Assembly: GCA_018715495.1 (NCBI GenBank)
Contig: DVLO01000022.1
Coordinates: 77,172 to 141,171, forward strand
From: Candidatus Limihabitans stercoravium
Lineage (GTDB): Bacteria; Bacillota; Clostridia; Christensenellales; CAG-314
DNA: 64,000 nt
Direction of reading: 5' to 3'
The notes beneath the pieces are model-generated. The model did not search any database. It was not told the origin of the DNA and saw nothing but the letters and a program-made list of their open reading frames with translations. Position 1 is the first letter of the stretch, and the number at the start of each line of letters is the position of its first letter. The position numbers and the translations under genes were made by a program. Below, one piece after another: positions 38,478 through 47,676 of this stretch.

Positions 38478-39800
38478 TTAGTCCTCCTTGACTGCCCTGC
38501 CCCACAATGTAGCGGAACGGGCTTGTTCAACAACAACATTTACAAATTGTCCGACGGGATTGAAGTCGCAACGGAAGTTTACCAATCTGCCGTTTTCGGT
38601 GCGTCCGCAGTAAGTGTCAGGATACTTAGGGTTGATATCCTCTGCCAGCACTTCGTAAACTTTCCCCTGCATTTGCGAACTCAGTTTCTTGGTGATTTCG
38701 TTTTGAGTTTTAAGCAGCAACTGTATGCGGCGTTGTTTTTCCACATAAGGGATCTGATTTTCCATTGAGTAGGCAGGAGTACCCTTTCTTCTAGAATAAA
38801 TAAAACAGAATGCCGAACTGTATTCCGCCTGGCGAACAAGATCTAAAGTATCCTGGAAATCCTGTTCCGTTTCACCCGGGAAACCGACCATGATATCTGT
38901 GGTGATTCCCACATCAGGCAGGCTTTCACGAATTGCTCTGATTTGTTCCAGGTAGCGCTCACGTGTATAACGTCTGTTCATGCGACGCAGTACGTCGTTG
39001 CTTCCACTCTGAACAGGCAAATGAATACTGTTACAGATGTTTTTGTTGTTTCTGACAGCGTCTATTACGTCCTGCGTCAAATCCTTGGGGTGAGAGGACA
39101 TAAAGCGCACACGGAACTTACCCTCAATTTTTCCAATCTCATTAAGCAACTTGGAAAAATTTGTTCCGTCACCCAGATCATTACCGTAAGAGTTTACATT
39201 CTGTCCCAGCAAAGTAATTTCCTTATATCCCTCAGCAACAAGTTTCTTGACTTCTGCAACAATATCTGACATGCTACGGCTGCGTTCACGTCCTCTGACG
39301 TACGGAACGATACAGTAACTACAAAAATTGTTGCAACCGTAAATTATGTTTACCCATGCATTGGGTGCACTTGTACGTGTCAAAGGCATGGCGTCTTCAC
39401 TGCCCTTGATGTAACTTTCGTCAAAAACCTTGTTCTTGCGGTTAGCACGCACTTTGTTTATAGCCTCAGGCAACATTGAAATGTTACCTGTTCCCAATAC
39501 AATGTCGACATACGGATATCTTGAACGGATTGCCGACTGAACGCCCTCCTGCTGCGTCATACAGCCACACAGTGCAACAATGAGATTTTTGTTGTTCAGT
39601 TTGAGTTTCTTCATTGTTCCGATGTGTCCGTATATTTTCTGTTCAGCAGTCTCTCTGATACAACATGTATTAAACAGTATTATATCGGCATCCTTCTCTT
39701 CAGCACATGGCGTGTATCCCAATTCTTCCAACATGCCTGCAAGTTTTTCCGACTCATGTATGTTCATTTGACAGCCATATGTGTTTATGTAGTAAATCAA
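38478..39800 (-). CDS. miaB: tRNA-2-methylthio-N6-dimethylallyladenosine synthase
   Basis: MTTase N-domain (YGCQMNIHESE), radical SAM CNNFCSYC and a TRAM C-terminus. Confidence 0.92.
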   Translation of the reverse strand: MIYYINTYGCQMNIHESEKLAGMLEELGYTPCAEEKDADIILFNTCCIRETAEQKIYGHIGTMKKLKLNNKNLIVALCGCMTQQEGVQSAIRSRYPYVDIVLGTGNISMLPEAINKVRANRKNKVFDESYIKGSEDAMPLTRTSAPNAWVNIIYGCNNFCSYCIVPYVRGRERSRSMSDIVAEVKKLVAEGYKEITLLGQNVNSYGNDLGDGTNFSKLLNEIGKIEGKFRVRFMSSHPKDLTQDVIDAVRNNKNICNSIHLPVQSGSNDVLRRMNRRYTRERYLEQIRAIRESLPDVGITTDIMVGFPGETEQDFQDTLDLVRQAEYSSAFCFIYSRRKGTPAYSMENQIPYVEKQRRIQLLLKTQNEITKKLSSQMQGKVYEVLAEDINPKYPDTYCGRTENGRLVNFRCDFNPVGQFVNVVVEQARSATLWGRAVKED

Positions 39801-39917
39801 GTAAACTTCCTCCTGGTGTTACAATGCCTAGAAATCTATTTTAATATTATATCTTTTTTTGCAGTTTTTTTCAAGTAAATAAATATAAATGTCAAAACAA
39901 TAGATACTAAATTTACT

Positions 39918-42131
39918 ATGAAAAAGGCATTGAAGATATTTTTTACAACTACGCTTATTACCGCCGCAGTGTTACTGATTGCCGTAACAGTAACTGTAGC
40001 AATTGTCAAAGGGGACAACCAATACGTAAACTTTGATGTAAGCAGGCTAAACGCAATAAACTACACGCTTACAGTCAAGGATTTCTACGGAAATGACATA
40101 GATCAACCTGTATATATAAACAACAGAAAACAAGTCAGCATTGACGCATTGAATGACTACACAATCGATGCCTTTGTGTACACAGAGGATAAACGATTTT
40201 TCAGCCATGACGGTCTTGACTACGTAAGAATAGGAAAAGCAATGGTCAACAATTTAATGTCGGCAAGGTTTAAAGAAGGAGCGTCTACCATCAGTCAACA
40301 GCTGATTAAAAACACGCACCTTGATAATGAGAAGACCATAAAAAGAAAAATTAACGAAATGCTGCTTACAGGAGAACTTGAAAGCAGATTTTCCAAACGT
40401 GAAATACTGGAAATGTATCTCAACACTATTTACTTCGGTAAAAATGCCTACGGAATAGAAAGCGCAAGTAATGTTTACTTCGATAAAAGCGCAAGCGAAC
40501 TTACACTGTCGGAGAGCGCAATACTTGCTGGAATGATAAAAGCTCCAAACACCTACGCTCCGGACAAAAACATTACAAAGTGTACGGAAAGACGCAACAC
40601 TGTTCTTGCGCTGATGAAACAAAATAACAGAATAGACGAAACGCAATACAATGATGCGATAAATGAAGAAATCACGGTAACCAGTAATTTCAAATTGCAA
40701 CAGACATATATGTACGCTGTTGTTGAGGAGGCATGCCAACTACTCAATCTGTCACCGCTGCAACTACTGAACAGCGGACTTGTTATTGAAACCTACTTCA
40801 AGCCGCAGATTCAGAAAGAAGTCACCGCTGTACTGGAAGAATACAATGGTGATGAAAACGTGTCAGCATTGATAGCAGAAAACGACAACTGCGGCATAGT
40901 AGCTTTTTACGGTACAGGCGGAGATATCTATTTTTCTAAACGCCAAGCGGGGTCAGCGCTAAAACCATTGGCCGTATACGCACCTGCGTTGAATGAGCGT
41001 AAAATTACCGTTGCAACACCTGTTCTTGATGAAAAGACAACTTTTGGCAGTTACTGTCCCAAAAACTTTGGAGACAAGTATTACGGAAATACCAATGTCA
41101 TGTACAGCGTGACAAAAAGCCTCAATGTTCCTGCAGTAAAAATTTTAAACAGCATAGGAGTCAATACGTCATGCAGATACCTTGAACAGTTGGGAATGAA
41201 TATAGAAAAAGAACAAAACCTTTCGCTTGCACTAGGTAACGTAACAGGGGGAACAAATCCTCTGGAAGTTATCGAAGGTTACACTGCGCTTGCACGTGGA
41301 GGCCTGAAAAGCGACCTGTCCTTTATAAAAACAATTCGAAACGGACAGCACACACTTTACAGTCACCAGCTTACAAGAGAAAGGGTGTTCAGCACTGCAA
41401 GCAGTTACCTCACAACAAACATGTTGCAATCTGTTGTAAAAGAAGGAACAGCTAAAAAACTTGCAACATTGCCTTACGAAATTTGCGCAAAAACAGGAAC
41501 TGTCGGTGACACTAACGGCAACAGTGATGCGCTTGTCTGTGGTTACTCTACCAAATTCACCTTCAATGTGTGGATGTCGGGAAAACTTGACAATACCGTC
41601 ACGGGAGGGAATAAGCCATGTGAGCTTGCGTACAAGTTCTTGCCCAAAATATATAAAGGTGAAGTGAAAAATTTCACGGTACCGGCAGACGTAGTTAGAC
41701 TGGAAATAGACAGCAAACTTTTGTCCGAAACAGGATTGACAAAACTTGCAACGCCTCTGACTAACGCTAAAGACAGACAGACATTTTACTTCGACAAAAC
41801 CAACCGCCCGACGCAATACAGCACCAGAGTAGAAGACACCATTCCGTTGAATGTTGTTGTTGATGGAAAAATTGTAACAATAACTGCAGACAGCAATTTA
41901 AAAATGAGACTCTACAAAGAACACGATGGAAAGGTGACAACAGCGGATTTTGTGAGACAATACGTAGACTACAACGCTGAGGAAGGCGAAAATATCTACT
42001 ACGCCGAAATACTTTTAGATGGACAGGTTGTAGGCAAAACATCAAGTTGCTCAATCACAATTCCGAAAAAAGAGGAGGAACGCCGCAGAGAACCAATAAG
42101 CTGGAAGGATCTTTTGAGTTGGTGGGATTAA
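39918..42131 (+). CDS. Class A penicillin-binding protein (glycosyltransferase GT51 + transpeptidase)
   Basis: N-terminal TM, EDKRFFSHDG and RKINE GT51 motifs, then SALKP (SxxK) and KTGT transpeptidase motifs. Confidence 0.9.
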   Translation: MKKALKIFFTTTLITAAVLLIAVTVTVAIVKGDNQYVNFDVSRLNAINYTLTVKDFYGNDIDQPVYINNRKQVSIDALNDYTIDAFVYTEDKRFFSHDGLDYVRIGKAMVNNLMSARFKEGASTISQQLIKNTHLDNEKTIKRKINEMLLTGELESRFSKREILEMYLNTIYFGKNAYGIESASNVYFDKSASELTLSESAILAGMIKAPNTYAPDKNITKCTERRNTVLALMKQNNRIDETQYNDAINEEITVTSNFKLQQTYMYAVVEEACQLLNLSPLQLLNSGLVIETYFKPQIQKEVTAVLEEYNGDENVSALIAENDNCGIVAFYGTGGDIYFSKRQAGSALKPLAVYAPALNERKITVATPVLDEKTTFGSYCPKNFGDKYYGNTNVMYSVTKSLNVPAVKILNSIGVNTSCRYLEQLGMNIEKEQNLSLALGNVTGGTNPLEVIEGYTALARGGLKSDLSFIKTIRNGQHTLYSHQLTRERVFSTASSYLTTNMLQSVVKEGTAKKLATLPYEICAKTGTVGDTNGNSDALVCGYSTKFTFNVWMSGKLDNTVTGGNKPCELAYKFLPKIYKGEVKNFTVPADVVRLEIDSKLLSETGLTKLATPLTNAKDRQTFYFDKTNRPTQYSTRVEDTIPLNVVVDGKIVTITADSNLKMRLYKEHDGKVTTADFVRQYVDYNAEEGENIYYAEILLDGQVVGKTSSCSITIPKKEEERRREPISWKDLLSWWD

Positions 42132-42963
42132 TTAGCAAAATTTAGTTTGCCGTTGTATGCTTAATTATACAATTGTCTAGATAATTACAAGCCGTGAAAC
42201 ACTGTATTTTGTGTATTAATATGCAAAAACGATACTTTACCTGCGTATTTTTATGCAAAATCACAGTGTTTTATATATATTTCACGCATATTATTCTATA
42301 TTATATATTACTATGTTTAAAATAGTACTATATATAAAGCATTTAACGCAGATTAGTCCCCTTCTATCTAGACAACACTTAGACTGAATAAAAACAAATA
42401 ATAATTAAAAATCTAATCAATTTCACTGCAGCAAACGGACACCATCACATTCGATCTGAACGACGTTCCTTTTCTACTTATTGTTTAAGACAAAAATACA
42501 CCATCATATCACAAAATTAGACCTGGTTAAAACAGGCTTTTATGCAGAATTTAAAAATGATTATATAAGTATTTTTGCAAAAATTCAGTTTAAAATTACC
42601 AAAATTTAATAAAATAATCAGTCTAAACAGCCATGCCACAACACACACCATCATAAGCATTTACCTGCCTTTTTCCCACAGAAAAATACTATTTTAAGAG
42701 TTAGAAGAAAATAAATCCAAGAAAATTTGTCACAGGTTTTGAAGTGAGAATAATAAAAACTTCTTTCAGCAAATCCCCAAAAATACCTACGACCAGGTAA
42801 ACTTTATAAAACCATTTTGCTCCACTTAATTGCAAGCGGCAATTCAATAGAATGCTTGCAGCCTAACGAAACGAACGTTGACAACTGTTGCTTCACTTTA
42901 ACATATTCAACACTATTTACGCACAATGCTGTTAAAAGTCCCAATTAAAAGCACGGACAAGAC

Positions 42964-42990
42964 AAAAAAAACACCCCAAAATCGGGGTGT
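42964..42990 (-). terminator. Intrinsic terminator after thiI
   Basis: ACACCCC / GGGGTGT stem followed by T7 on the minus strand. Confidence 0.85.
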
Positions 42991-43001
42991 TAAATTTAAC
43001 A

Positions 43002-44150
43002 TTAAAGAACAATCGTTTCGACATTCTCCAAGGCTTGATTCACCAGAGCTTCAACATCAAGAGCAGATTCAACTTTTTCAACCTTGTCCAGCCTGGGTTT
43101 CGTGACAGGATTTTTAGGAAGGAAGATTGTGCAACAATCTTCGTATGGCAAGATTGAAGTTTCAAAGGTATCAATCCTTTTAGCAATTTCAATAATTTCA
43201 TCCTTGTCAAAGCCAATTAATGGACGCAAGACGGGCATCGTAGCAACAGAATTGGTACTTGTTATACTTTCAAGAGTCTGACTTGCAACCTGTCCAAGAC
43301 TTTCTCCGGTGATGGTTGCACCACAGCCGTATTTTTTAGCCAATCTTTCAGCAATGCGCATCATGAATCTACGCATGATTGTTATCATGAATTCTTCGGG
43401 ACAATTTTCGTGTATAGCCGTCTGAATTTCCGTAAAACTTACTACATCAACGGTCATATGCAAGGTGTATTTCTTGACAATTTTAGCAAGAGTCAAAACC
43501 TTCTCTTTAGCCTGCAAACTTGTAAAAGGATAACTGTGGAAATGTACCGCTCTCACGCTCATTCCACGTTTCGCCATCATATAAGCCGCAACAGGGCTGT
43601 CAATACCTCCGGATAGCAACAGCATACCCTTTCCGCCCGTTCCGACCGGCATACCGTTTACGCCTTTTATAGTATCAGCGAATACAAACGTCTTTCCGTT
43701 TTCTCTGATATCAATGTTTACCACATGCTGCGGCTTGTGCAGATCAACAGTCAGTTTATTGTTTGCTTCCAGCAGATCACCACCTATCGACGAAGCAAGT
43801 TGCATTGAATTCAACGGGAAATGCTTGTCAGCACGGTTACAAACAATCTTGAATGTTCCACTCTGTGGAGCAATCGCAAGAGCAGACTCTTTGATGTCGT
43901 CGTAGTTACTTGGCACCTCATCCGCAAGACTCACGGAATATACCCCAAACACATTTTTTACAATGTCAAGTATGTTTTGCGCCTGATCTTCGTCAAACTG
44001 GCTGATTACATATCTGCCCGACTGCTTAGAAAACTTGTATTCGTATCCTTCAAGGCAATGCTTGATGTTGTTTACAAGCGCATTTTCAAAAAATCCCCTG
44101 TTGTTTCCCTTCAGGTGGATTTCGGAATATCTGATTAAAATTACCTTCAT
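43002..44150 (-). CDS. thiI: tRNA 4-thiouridine(8) synthase ThiI (no rhodanese domain)
   Basis: THUMP N-domain and PP-loop SGGIDSPVAAY. Confidence 0.9.
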   Translation of the reverse strand: MKVILIRYSEIHLKGNNRGFFENALVNNIKHCLEGYEYKFSKQSGRYVISQFDEDQAQNILDIVKNVFGVYSVSLADEVPSNYDDIKESALAIAPQSGTFKIVCNRADKHFPLNSMQLASSIGGDLLEANNKLTVDLHKPQHVVNIDIRENGKTFVFADTIKGVNGMPVGTGGKGMLLLSGGIDSPVAAYMMAKRGMSVRAVHFHSYPFTSLQAKEKVLTLAKIVKKYTLHMTVDVVSFTEIQTAIHENCPEEFMITIMRRFMMRIAERLAKKYGCGATITGESLGQVASQTLESITSTNSVATMPVLRPLIGFDKDEIIEIAKRIDTFETSILPYEDCCTIFLPKNPVTKPRLDKVEKVESALDVEALVNQALENVETIVL

Positions 44151-45295
44151 TAAAATTTTACCCCCATGGTTTGGCGAAGCAAGGCTACATTTTTCACAAG
44201 CTTATCAGCAAGGTTTCTTACTTCATCTTCTGTGTTGTATTTGGAAAAACTTACCCTAATTACTCCTTCAAGGTAATCCTTCTCCAGCGAAATTGCTGAC
44301 AAAATACGGCTGTGCTTGTTTTTAGAACTGCACGCAGATCCCATTCCAACAACAACGTCATCACCTTCAAGCATGTGCATCAGCACTTCAGACTTTATCT
44401 TGGCAAATGCAATAGACATTATTGCAGGAGATACATTTTCGACACAGTTTACCTTGCACATAGGAATTTCCTGCAATTTTTCAGCAATGATTTGCTTGTA
44501 TTTTTCAAATTGCTTAGTGTGCTCCGCAACACCCGCAACAGCTTTTTCAAGTGCACAGGCAAAAGAAACAATACCTGCTACATATTCAGTACCCGACCGC
44601 AAATTGGATTCCTGTCCGCCGCCATTTATCAGAGGATTGAGATTGACATGTCTTTTCACATACAAGCACCCCGTCCCCTTACTGGCATGTATTTTATGTC
44701 CGCTTACTGAGTACATATCAACACCAAGACCTGTAACATTTACGTCAATCTTTCCTACTGCTTGCACTCCATCCGAAAAAACAAGCGTATTACGGTTTAC
44801 GCTTTTTACAGCGGACACAATGGCTTTTATGTCATTGACTGCACCCGTTTCATTGTTGACATGCATTACTGCAACTAATGATGTATTTTCATCAACAAGG
44901 GCAGCTACATCTTCGGCTAAAGTATGACCATCACGTGTCGCAGGACAAAATCTGACTTCAACACCGCTGTTTTTCAATCGAAGCGCAGTATTATAGACAG
45001 CCGAATGTTCTACACCGCCAACAACCACGTTGCAATTTTTTCTTTTTGAAGTACTTAGTAAAGCTAGGTTGTCTGCTTCAGTTCCACCCGAAACAAACAC
45101 AATTTCCATAGGCGACGACGCACCCAGCGCACGCGCAACAGTACTGCGTGCGTCTGAAATACCTTTAGCCACTTCAAGACTGTATTTATTCAGAGACGAT
45201 GGATTAAAGTACAATTCACTCTGATACTTATTTATAATCTGCAACACATCGTCATCCACACGTGTTGTTGCACAATTGTCAAAATATTGAACCAT
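44150..45295 (-). CDS. Cysteine desulfurase (NifS/NifZ-like, class V aminotransferase)
   Basis: PLP-Lys motif SGHKIHASKG and active-site Cys GSACSS. One-nt overlap with the thiI start, as in the Bacillus nifZ-thiI pair. Confidence 0.9.
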   Translation of the reverse strand: MVQYFDNCATTRVDDDVLQIINKYQSELYFNPSSLNKYSLEVAKGISDARSTVARALGASSPMEIVFVSGGTEADNLALLSTSKRKNCNVVVGGVEHSAVYNTALRLKNSGVEVRFCPATRDGHTLAEDVAALVDENTSLVAVMHVNNETGAVNDIKAIVSAVKSVNRNTLVFSDGVQAVGKIDVNVTGLGVDMYSVSGHKIHASKGTGCLYVKRHVNLNPLINGGGQESNLRSGTEYVAGIVSFACALEKAVAGVAEHTKQFEKYKQIIAEKLQEIPMCKVNCVENVSPAIMSIAFAKIKSEVLMHMLEGDDVVVGMGSACSSKNKHSRILSAISLEKDYLEGVIRVSFSKYNTEDEVRNLADKLVKNVALLRQTMGVKF

Positions 45296-45308
45296 AATTT
45301 TTCCTTTG

Positions 45309-47675
45309 TTATTTGAGAGTCACAACAGTAACGCCGCTGTCGCCCTCACCCGGTCTGCCCAGTCGGAATTCGGCAATGTTGGGATGATGTTTAAAGTGCT
45401 GATGCAAACCTTGGCGAAGTCGACCTGTACCCATTCCGTGTATTACCCACACAGTGCTGAGACCACCCAGCACTGCACGATCGATAAAGTCATCGACATT
45501 GGCTATAGCCTCATCAACAGTTTGACCAAGCACATTGATTTCGTTACTATACGAACGACTGTCAACCTGTCTGTGCGCCGTCTTGCTGTGTGTCTGCTTT
45601 ACGATCTTTTTGTCCTGCTTGTAGTAGAACAAGTCATCGGCCGTAACGTTTACCGTCATGTTGCCAGCCTTCACAATGATTTTAGAAGGCGACTTGATTT
45701 CCGCAACGGTGACTGTTGAATTTATTTTGGAACAAAACGCCGTCATGCCTTTTTTGAGATCGGAAAACTTTATTTTGTCGCCCGTAAACACGTAGTCATC
45801 GTCCTTCTCTTCCTCAGGCATTGCGTTGGCAACCTTTTTAGCAAGCGCTCTTGCCTCAAATAGAGCCTTGTCGCTAACATCACTGTTTAAGAGATCTTTT
45901 ATTTGTGCGATTATATCCTTACATTCACGTTGAGCGTCAGCAACAATCCTGCGGGCTTCCTGACGTGAGCCGCTGAGTAATTTTTCACGTTCAGCAGACA
46001 GACTCTGATTAAGTTTTTTAGACTTTTCCAATTCCTGTTGCAGACTGCGGTTTAGTTCGTTTGTTTCAGCTACCTTGTCTTCGTATTCCTTTCGGATACT
46101 TTCAGCGTTGGAAAGCACTTGTTCCAGTTGCACACTGTCGCCGTCTACGTACTTTTTAGCCATGTCTATCACAGTACTGTCCAGCCCAAGACGTGATGCG
46201 ATTGCTATTGCGTTTGAACTGCCCGGCACCCCCATTACAAGTTTGTACGTAGGCTCATATGTTTCGGGATTGAATTGCATTGAAGCGTTTTCCACACCGT
46301 CGGTAATCAAAGAATATTCCTTCAACTTGCCGTAGTGAGTTGTAATCACAGCCTTACAACCCGACTTACGCAAATACTCAGTAATTGCAACTGCAAGCGC
46401 AGACCCTTCATTAGGTTCTGTACCAGCCCCCACTTCGTCAATAAGCACCAGACTGTCCGACGTAACATCATTTAAAATATCCCTGAGATTAGTCATGTGA
46501 CCGGAAAACGTTGACAAACTTTGCTCAATTGACTGTTCGTCACCAATGTCACAGTAGATGCTCTTAAAAAACGACACTTCACTTTCTTCAGTACACGGCA
46601 CAAACATGCCTGCCATTGCAAGCGCAGTAAGCAATCCGACGGTCTTTAGAGTGACGGTCTTTCCGCCCGTATTAGTACCCGTTACAACAACAATGTTCGA
46701 TTGTTTACCTATTTCAAAAGAAATCGGAACAACCTTTTGCTTGTCGATCAGGAGATGACGTGCATTTTTCAGTTTGATTGTACCTTCACAGTTTAAGACA
46801 GGTTTCGTGCACCTGTTGGCAATGCCGTACTTTACACGTGAAAAAATCACGTCAATGTCGCTGATTGTTTCCAGATTGTTTTGCAACATTCTGTAAATCG
46901 GAGTTAACCTATCGGTAAACGACTGCAAGATTCGCTGCATTTCTTCACGCTCCTGCAACACCGCTTCTCTGAGATTGTTGTTTAGTTGGACAACCGCCAT
47001 TGGTTCAATAAACAATGTTGAACCGGATGCGGACTGATCGTGAACAATACCACTGACGTAATTCTTGTATTCCTGTTTAACAGGAAGGACATACCTGTCA
47101 CCACGCAGAGTTACAATAGAGTCCTGCAAATACTTAGACAAATCGCTGTTCTTACTGTAACTCTGTAATTTTTGTTTGATGTCAAGGTTGATTTCCCTTA
47201 TCTTTTTTCTGATGGCGTACAGTTCATCGCTGGCACGATCATTCATTTCTTCATCGCTGATAATGGCAAAATCGATTTCATCCTCCATACGCTTGTCTGC
47301 ATAAAGAGTACCAGCCTTAGCCTGTAACAATCCGATGTCAATTCCGTAGTCCTTCATCAGTGCAGACTGTAAAAGTCTTGCAGTACGTAATGTACGCATT
47401 ACCGCAAGAAGTTGCCCCATTGAAAGACAGGATCCAACTTTAACCAGCGATACAATTTCCGAAATGTCATCAAGAGACAAGTCGAAAGATGTTTCGAAAT
47501 CAAACAGGCGTGTTGCCTGAGTAGTCTCATCCTGTAACAACTGCATTTCCTCAAAAGTATTTGCCGGCTTCATGTCAAGCACCTTGCGGACAGCAATGCT
47601 GCTTATAGCAAATTTCGAAACCTCTTCAAGCACTAAAGGATATTGAAGTTTTTGTAAAGTTTTTTCAGTAATCAA
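45309..47675 (-). CDS. mutS2: Endonuclease MutS2 (MutS-family ATPase + C-terminal Smr domain)
   Basis: Walker A GTNTGGKT, coiled-coil and an Smr domain at the C-terminus (VIHGMGTGRLRQGL). Confidence 0.92.
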   Translation of the reverse strand: MITEKTLQKLQYPLVLEEVSKFAISSIAVRKVLDMKPANTFEEMQLLQDETTQATRLFDFETSFDLSLDDISEIVSLVKVGSCLSMGQLLAVMRTLRTARLLQSALMKDYGIDIGLLQAKAGTLYADKRMEDEIDFAIISDEEMNDRASDELYAIRKKIREINLDIKQKLQSYSKNSDLSKYLQDSIVTLRGDRYVLPVKQEYKNYVSGIVHDQSASGSTLFIEPMAVVQLNNNLREAVLQEREEMQRILQSFTDRLTPIYRMLQNNLETISDIDVIFSRVKYGIANRCTKPVLNCEGTIKLKNARHLLIDKQKVVPISFEIGKQSNIVVVTGTNTGGKTVTLKTVGLLTALAMAGMFVPCTEESEVSFFKSIYCDIGDEQSIEQSLSTFSGHMTNLRDILNDVTSDSLVLIDEVGAGTEPNEGSALAVAITEYLRKSGCKAVITTHYGKLKEYSLITDGVENASMQFNPETYEPTYKLVMGVPGSSNAIAIASRLGLDSTVIDMAKKYVDGDSVQLEQVLSNAESIRKEYEDKVAETNELNRSLQQELEKSKKLNQSLSAEREKLLSGSRQEARRIVADAQRECKDIIAQIKDLLNSDVSDKALFEARALAKKVANAMPEEEKDDDYVFTGDKIKFSDLKKGMTAFCSKINSTVTVAEIKSPSKIIVKAGNMTVNVTADDLFYYKQDKKIVKQTHSKTAHRQVDSRSYSNEINVLGQTVDEAIANVDDFIDRAVLGGLSTVWVIHGMGTGRLRQGLHQHFKHHPNIAEFRLGRPGEGDSGVTVVTLK

Positions 47676-47676
47676 A

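Noticed and set aside
39836-40018. 60-aa hydrophobic ORF on the minus strand overlapping the PBP start.
   Set aside because: It is the antisense reading of the PBP N-terminal transmembrane segment, with no RBS.
42290-42330. dif-like site (TATATA core followed by TTACTATGTTTAAA) in the AT-rich gap, prompted by the Xer-like recombinase in the window.
   Set aside because: Only about 5 of 11 matches to the left arm, and an insertion disrupts the conserved TTATGTnAAnT right arm. The same 19-mer also forms an ordinary terminator hairpin at 31.6 kb.
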